A stretch of DNA of 64,000 nt, from assembly GCA_003194425.1 (NCBI GenBank), contig PQXB01000001.1:135265-199264 (forward strand). Direction: 5' to 3'. Made by a program: the position numbers and the translations under genes. This document shows positions 62,164 to 64,000 of this stretch, one piece after another. The stretch comes from Candidatus Methanophagaceae archaeon (lineage in GTDB: Archaea > Halobacteriota > Syntropharchaeia > Alkanophagales > Methanospirareceae). The stretch's first letter is position 1. Every line of letters starts with the position of its first letter. Under the pieces are notes generated by a model. That model was not told the origin of the DNA and made no database searches. It saw only the letters and a program-made list of their open reading frames with translations.

Positions 62164-62969
62164 AACACCGCCCTCTTGAACTTCTCAAACTCCTCAAGCC
62201 CGTCTTTCTTGAGGTAGCGTCCCAGCCGCAGTTTAGTCTCGCAGTTCTTGTAGTAGTTGAGGACGCGGTCTGCGAGTTCAAGAGCCTCGTCGTCGCTCAA
62301 GTTCTCTGCCAAAACCTCTGCAATTCTGGGCGACGCACCCGCGGCACCGCCGACGACCACTCTCCAACCTCTCGGCATTCCGACAAAACCCAAATCCTTT
62401 ATCCACGACTCCGCACAGCAGTTAGTGCAGCCAGAGACGCCGATTTTGAACTTTGACGGCAGTGCCATTCCGTGAAACCTCTTGTCAAGTTCCAGACCCA
62501 GCTTCACTGCGTCTTGCTTCCCGCGCTTGCAAAATGTCGTCCCTGGACAAAACTTTACGCTCCGCACACACAACCCGATCGCGTAGCCGGGTGGCAGACC
62601 GAGGTCGTTCCACGCATTTTCAATCTCGCTCTCCGCGATTCCCACGATCGCAATTCTCTGCGCCGAGGTCAATTTCAACGCCGCAGCTTTGTACTTCTCC
62701 GCGACTTCTGCTACCTTCCTCAGTGCGGAAGGCTCGCAAAGCCCGCCCGGAAAATGCGGTGCTATCGCGTAAGTCTCGTAGTCCCGCTGCACAATCGCTC
62801 CCTTCTCCAACAAGTCCCCCCTCTTCTCTTCTTCCTCTTCTTCCTTCTTCTCCTTCCTCTCCTCCTCTTCCTTTTTTTCTTCCTTCTCTTCTTCCTTCTT
62901 CTCCTCTTCCTTCTTCTCCTCTTCCTTCTCTTCTCCTTTCTTTTTTCCCTTCTCTTCTTCCTCTACCAT
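62160..62969 (-). CDS. Small nitrite/sulfite-reductase-like [4Fe-4S]-siroheme domain protein with KE-rich N-terminus
   Basis: Cys cluster pattern (CPGTTFC...GCTNCC). 4-nt overlap with the nifB-like gene. Confidence 0.55.
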   Translation of the reverse strand: MVEEEEKGKKKGEEKEEEKKEEEKKEEEKEEKKEEEERKEKKEEEEEEKRGDLLEKGAIVQRDYETYAIAPHFPGGLCEPSALRKVAEVAEKYKAAALKLTSAQRIAIVGIAESEIENAWNDLGLPPGYAIGLCVRSVKFCPGTTFCKRGKQDAVKLGLELDKRFHGMALPSKFKIGVSGCTNCCAESWIKDLGFVGMPRGWRVVVGGAAGASPRIAEVLAENLSDDEALELADRVLNYYKNCETKLRLGRYLKKDGLEEFEKFKRAVL

Positions 62970-62973
62970 TTTT

Positions 62974-64000
62974 TCACTCCCCTTTTAAGATTTCCTTGTG
63001 CTTACTCACGATTTCCTCTGCTAACCTGTCCAAAGCGTTGAACGCCTCTTCGCCTGGAACTCCTTTGACAACAACAGGCTCCAGCAGTTCTACCTTTAAG
63101 TTGGGCAGCAGTCCCGTAACTTGCTCCACCATTCTGCCGCCCCAGCCGTAAGACCCGACGACAGACGCGAATCGCAGTTTTGGTCGCAGAGCGTTTGCGA
63201 GACAAGCTGCGTAAACGACTTTCGGGTGCGGTCCGACCAGAACAGTCGGAGACCCGATCACAACCGTAGCAGCGTCTACCAAAGCCATCGCCAACTTCCC
63301 AATATCAGGTTCTGACAGATTAAACTGCTTTACTGTTACGCCCCGCTCAATCAAAGCCTCTGTAAAGTAATTTACCATTTTCTTCGTGCTGCCGTGCATT
63401 GAGATGAAGGGAATGACCACCTCGTTCTTCACCTCGTCAGAAGCCCAATCGCGGTAAGCGTTGAGGATGAAGTTCGGGTTGTTGTACGCGGGACCGTGAC
63501 TCGGTGCGATTATTTCTATCGCCAACGCATTTATTTTCTGCAGATTTTTCCTGATTGTTGTCCGGAAAGGCATCATAATCTCTGCGTAGTACCGCTTGGC
63601 TGCCTCGTAGACCGTCGCCGTCGCTGTCGCCTCGTCGGGTACAAACAGGTCGCTGGTTGCGAGATGTGAGCCGAGGAAATCGCAGGTAAAAAGCACACGG
63701 TCTTCTCTTAAATAAGTCAGCATCGTCTCTGGCCAGTGCACCCACGGTGCGTGAATGAACTCCAGCGTTTTGTCGCCCAAAGACAGCGTCTCTCCGTCTG
63801 CCACTGTTATAAACTTTTCTCCAGGAATTAAGAGCAAATCAGTAAGCAAATCCTTGCATTTCGGCGTGCAGACTACCTTGGCGTTGGGGTAAATATCGAG
63901 TACCTGTGGCAGCGACCCTGAATGGTCCTGCTCGGCGTGATTGGCAACTACATAATTTATCCCCCCAGTCCCAAGTTCCCCTGTTCCAAGTTCTTGTTCT
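62974..64000 (-). CDS. fprA: FprA-type flavo-diiron protein (F420H2/rubredoxin oxidase family), 5' end beyond the window
   Basis: Metallo-beta-lactamase-like diiron domain plus C-terminal flavodoxin domain. The ORF continues upstream of 63849 in frame (HAEQDHSGS motif at ~63930). Confidence 0.7.
   Translation of the reverse strand, partial: EQELGTGELGTGGINYVVANHAEQDHSGSLPQVLDIYPNAKVVCTPKCKDLLTDLLLIPGEKFITVADGETLSLGDKTLEFIHAPWVHWPETMLTYLREDRVLFTCDFLGSHLATSDLFVPDEATATATVYEAAKRYYAEIMMPFRTTIRKNLQKINALAIEIIAPSHGPAYNNPNFILNAYRDWASDEVKNEVVIPFISMHGSTKKMVNYFTEALIERGVTVKQFNLSEPDIGKLAMALVDAATVVIGSPTVLVGPHPKVVYAACLANALRPKLRFASVVGSYGWGGRMVEQVTGLLPNLKVELLEPVVVKGVPGEEAFNALDRLAEEIVSKHKEILKGE

Noticed and set aside
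62453-63151. Two overlapping plus-strand ORFs (232 aa and 189 aa)
   Set aside because: Antisense to the Sir-like and FprA genes. They translate the KE-rich leader as poly-Leu/Phe/Ser.
1-64000. Assigning the organism (ANME, Methanoliparia, Archaeoglobi with Mcr, and similar) from this window
   Set aside because: No rRNA or mcr genes are present. Mtr plus CODH/ACS plus ACAD content is compatible with several lineages, so no taxon call is made.

Overview
This 64-kb window reads as an archaeal chromosomal segment: GC is high (roughly 55-60% by eye), coding density is dense, and ORFs overlap by 4 nt in operons. A core backbone typical of a C1/methanogen-like or alkane-oxidising archaeon is interrupted by accessory islands.

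Core content:
- a partial CODH/ACS corrinoid-protein gene at the 5' edge;
- a complete tetrahydromethanopterin S-methyltransferase operon, mtrEDCBAFGH, on the minus strand (24.0-29.4 kb);
- immediately upstream of it, a three-gene NuoE-like / NuoF-like / (NuoG-N-terminus fused to FrhB) flavo-Fe-S module;
- IDI-2 and an AcnX-type phosphomevalonate dehydratase (alternative mevalonate pathway);
- two acyl-CoA dehydrogenases, TrpC, QueE, aIF2-gamma, MtaB, MobA, PPAT, aminotransferases, and a GH130-GT4 pair;
- an FprA / Sir-like / NifB-like operon at the 3' edge.

Accessory content:
- (i) Three secreted proteins carry a conserved C-terminal P-E-L + TM + RR(K) sorting signal. Two of them are each followed by a paralogous ~310-aa bitopic protein rich in N-glycosylation sequons. 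The third is followed by a thermonuclease, a CPBP protease and a presenilin-like protease.
- (ii) Toxin-antitoxin modules: hicBA flanked by 93-bp direct repeats, a DUF4258 pair, a PIN toxin, and an MNT with a decayed HEPN partner.
- (iii) An AT-rich island (~43.1-48.7 kb) holds a four-gene minus-strand operon: TM-TPR protein, two polytopic membrane proteins, and a SIR2_2-TPR-TM protein. This is a candidate undescribed membrane-associated NAD+-depleting defence system. An orphan beta-class DNA methyltransferase sits at the island edge.
- (iv) A type II R-M pair whose endonuclease is frameshifted by an exact 22-bp tandem duplication.

Genome-wide style. Short tandem repeats are pervasive. Every repeat found inside a CDS has a unit length that is a multiple of 3 (9, 12, 18, 21, 27, 30, 66 nt), giving low-complexity peptide insertions. 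Long GA-rich (polypurine) leaders and intercistronic spacers are common, including inside the mtr operon.

No rRNA, tRNA or CRISPR array was identified.
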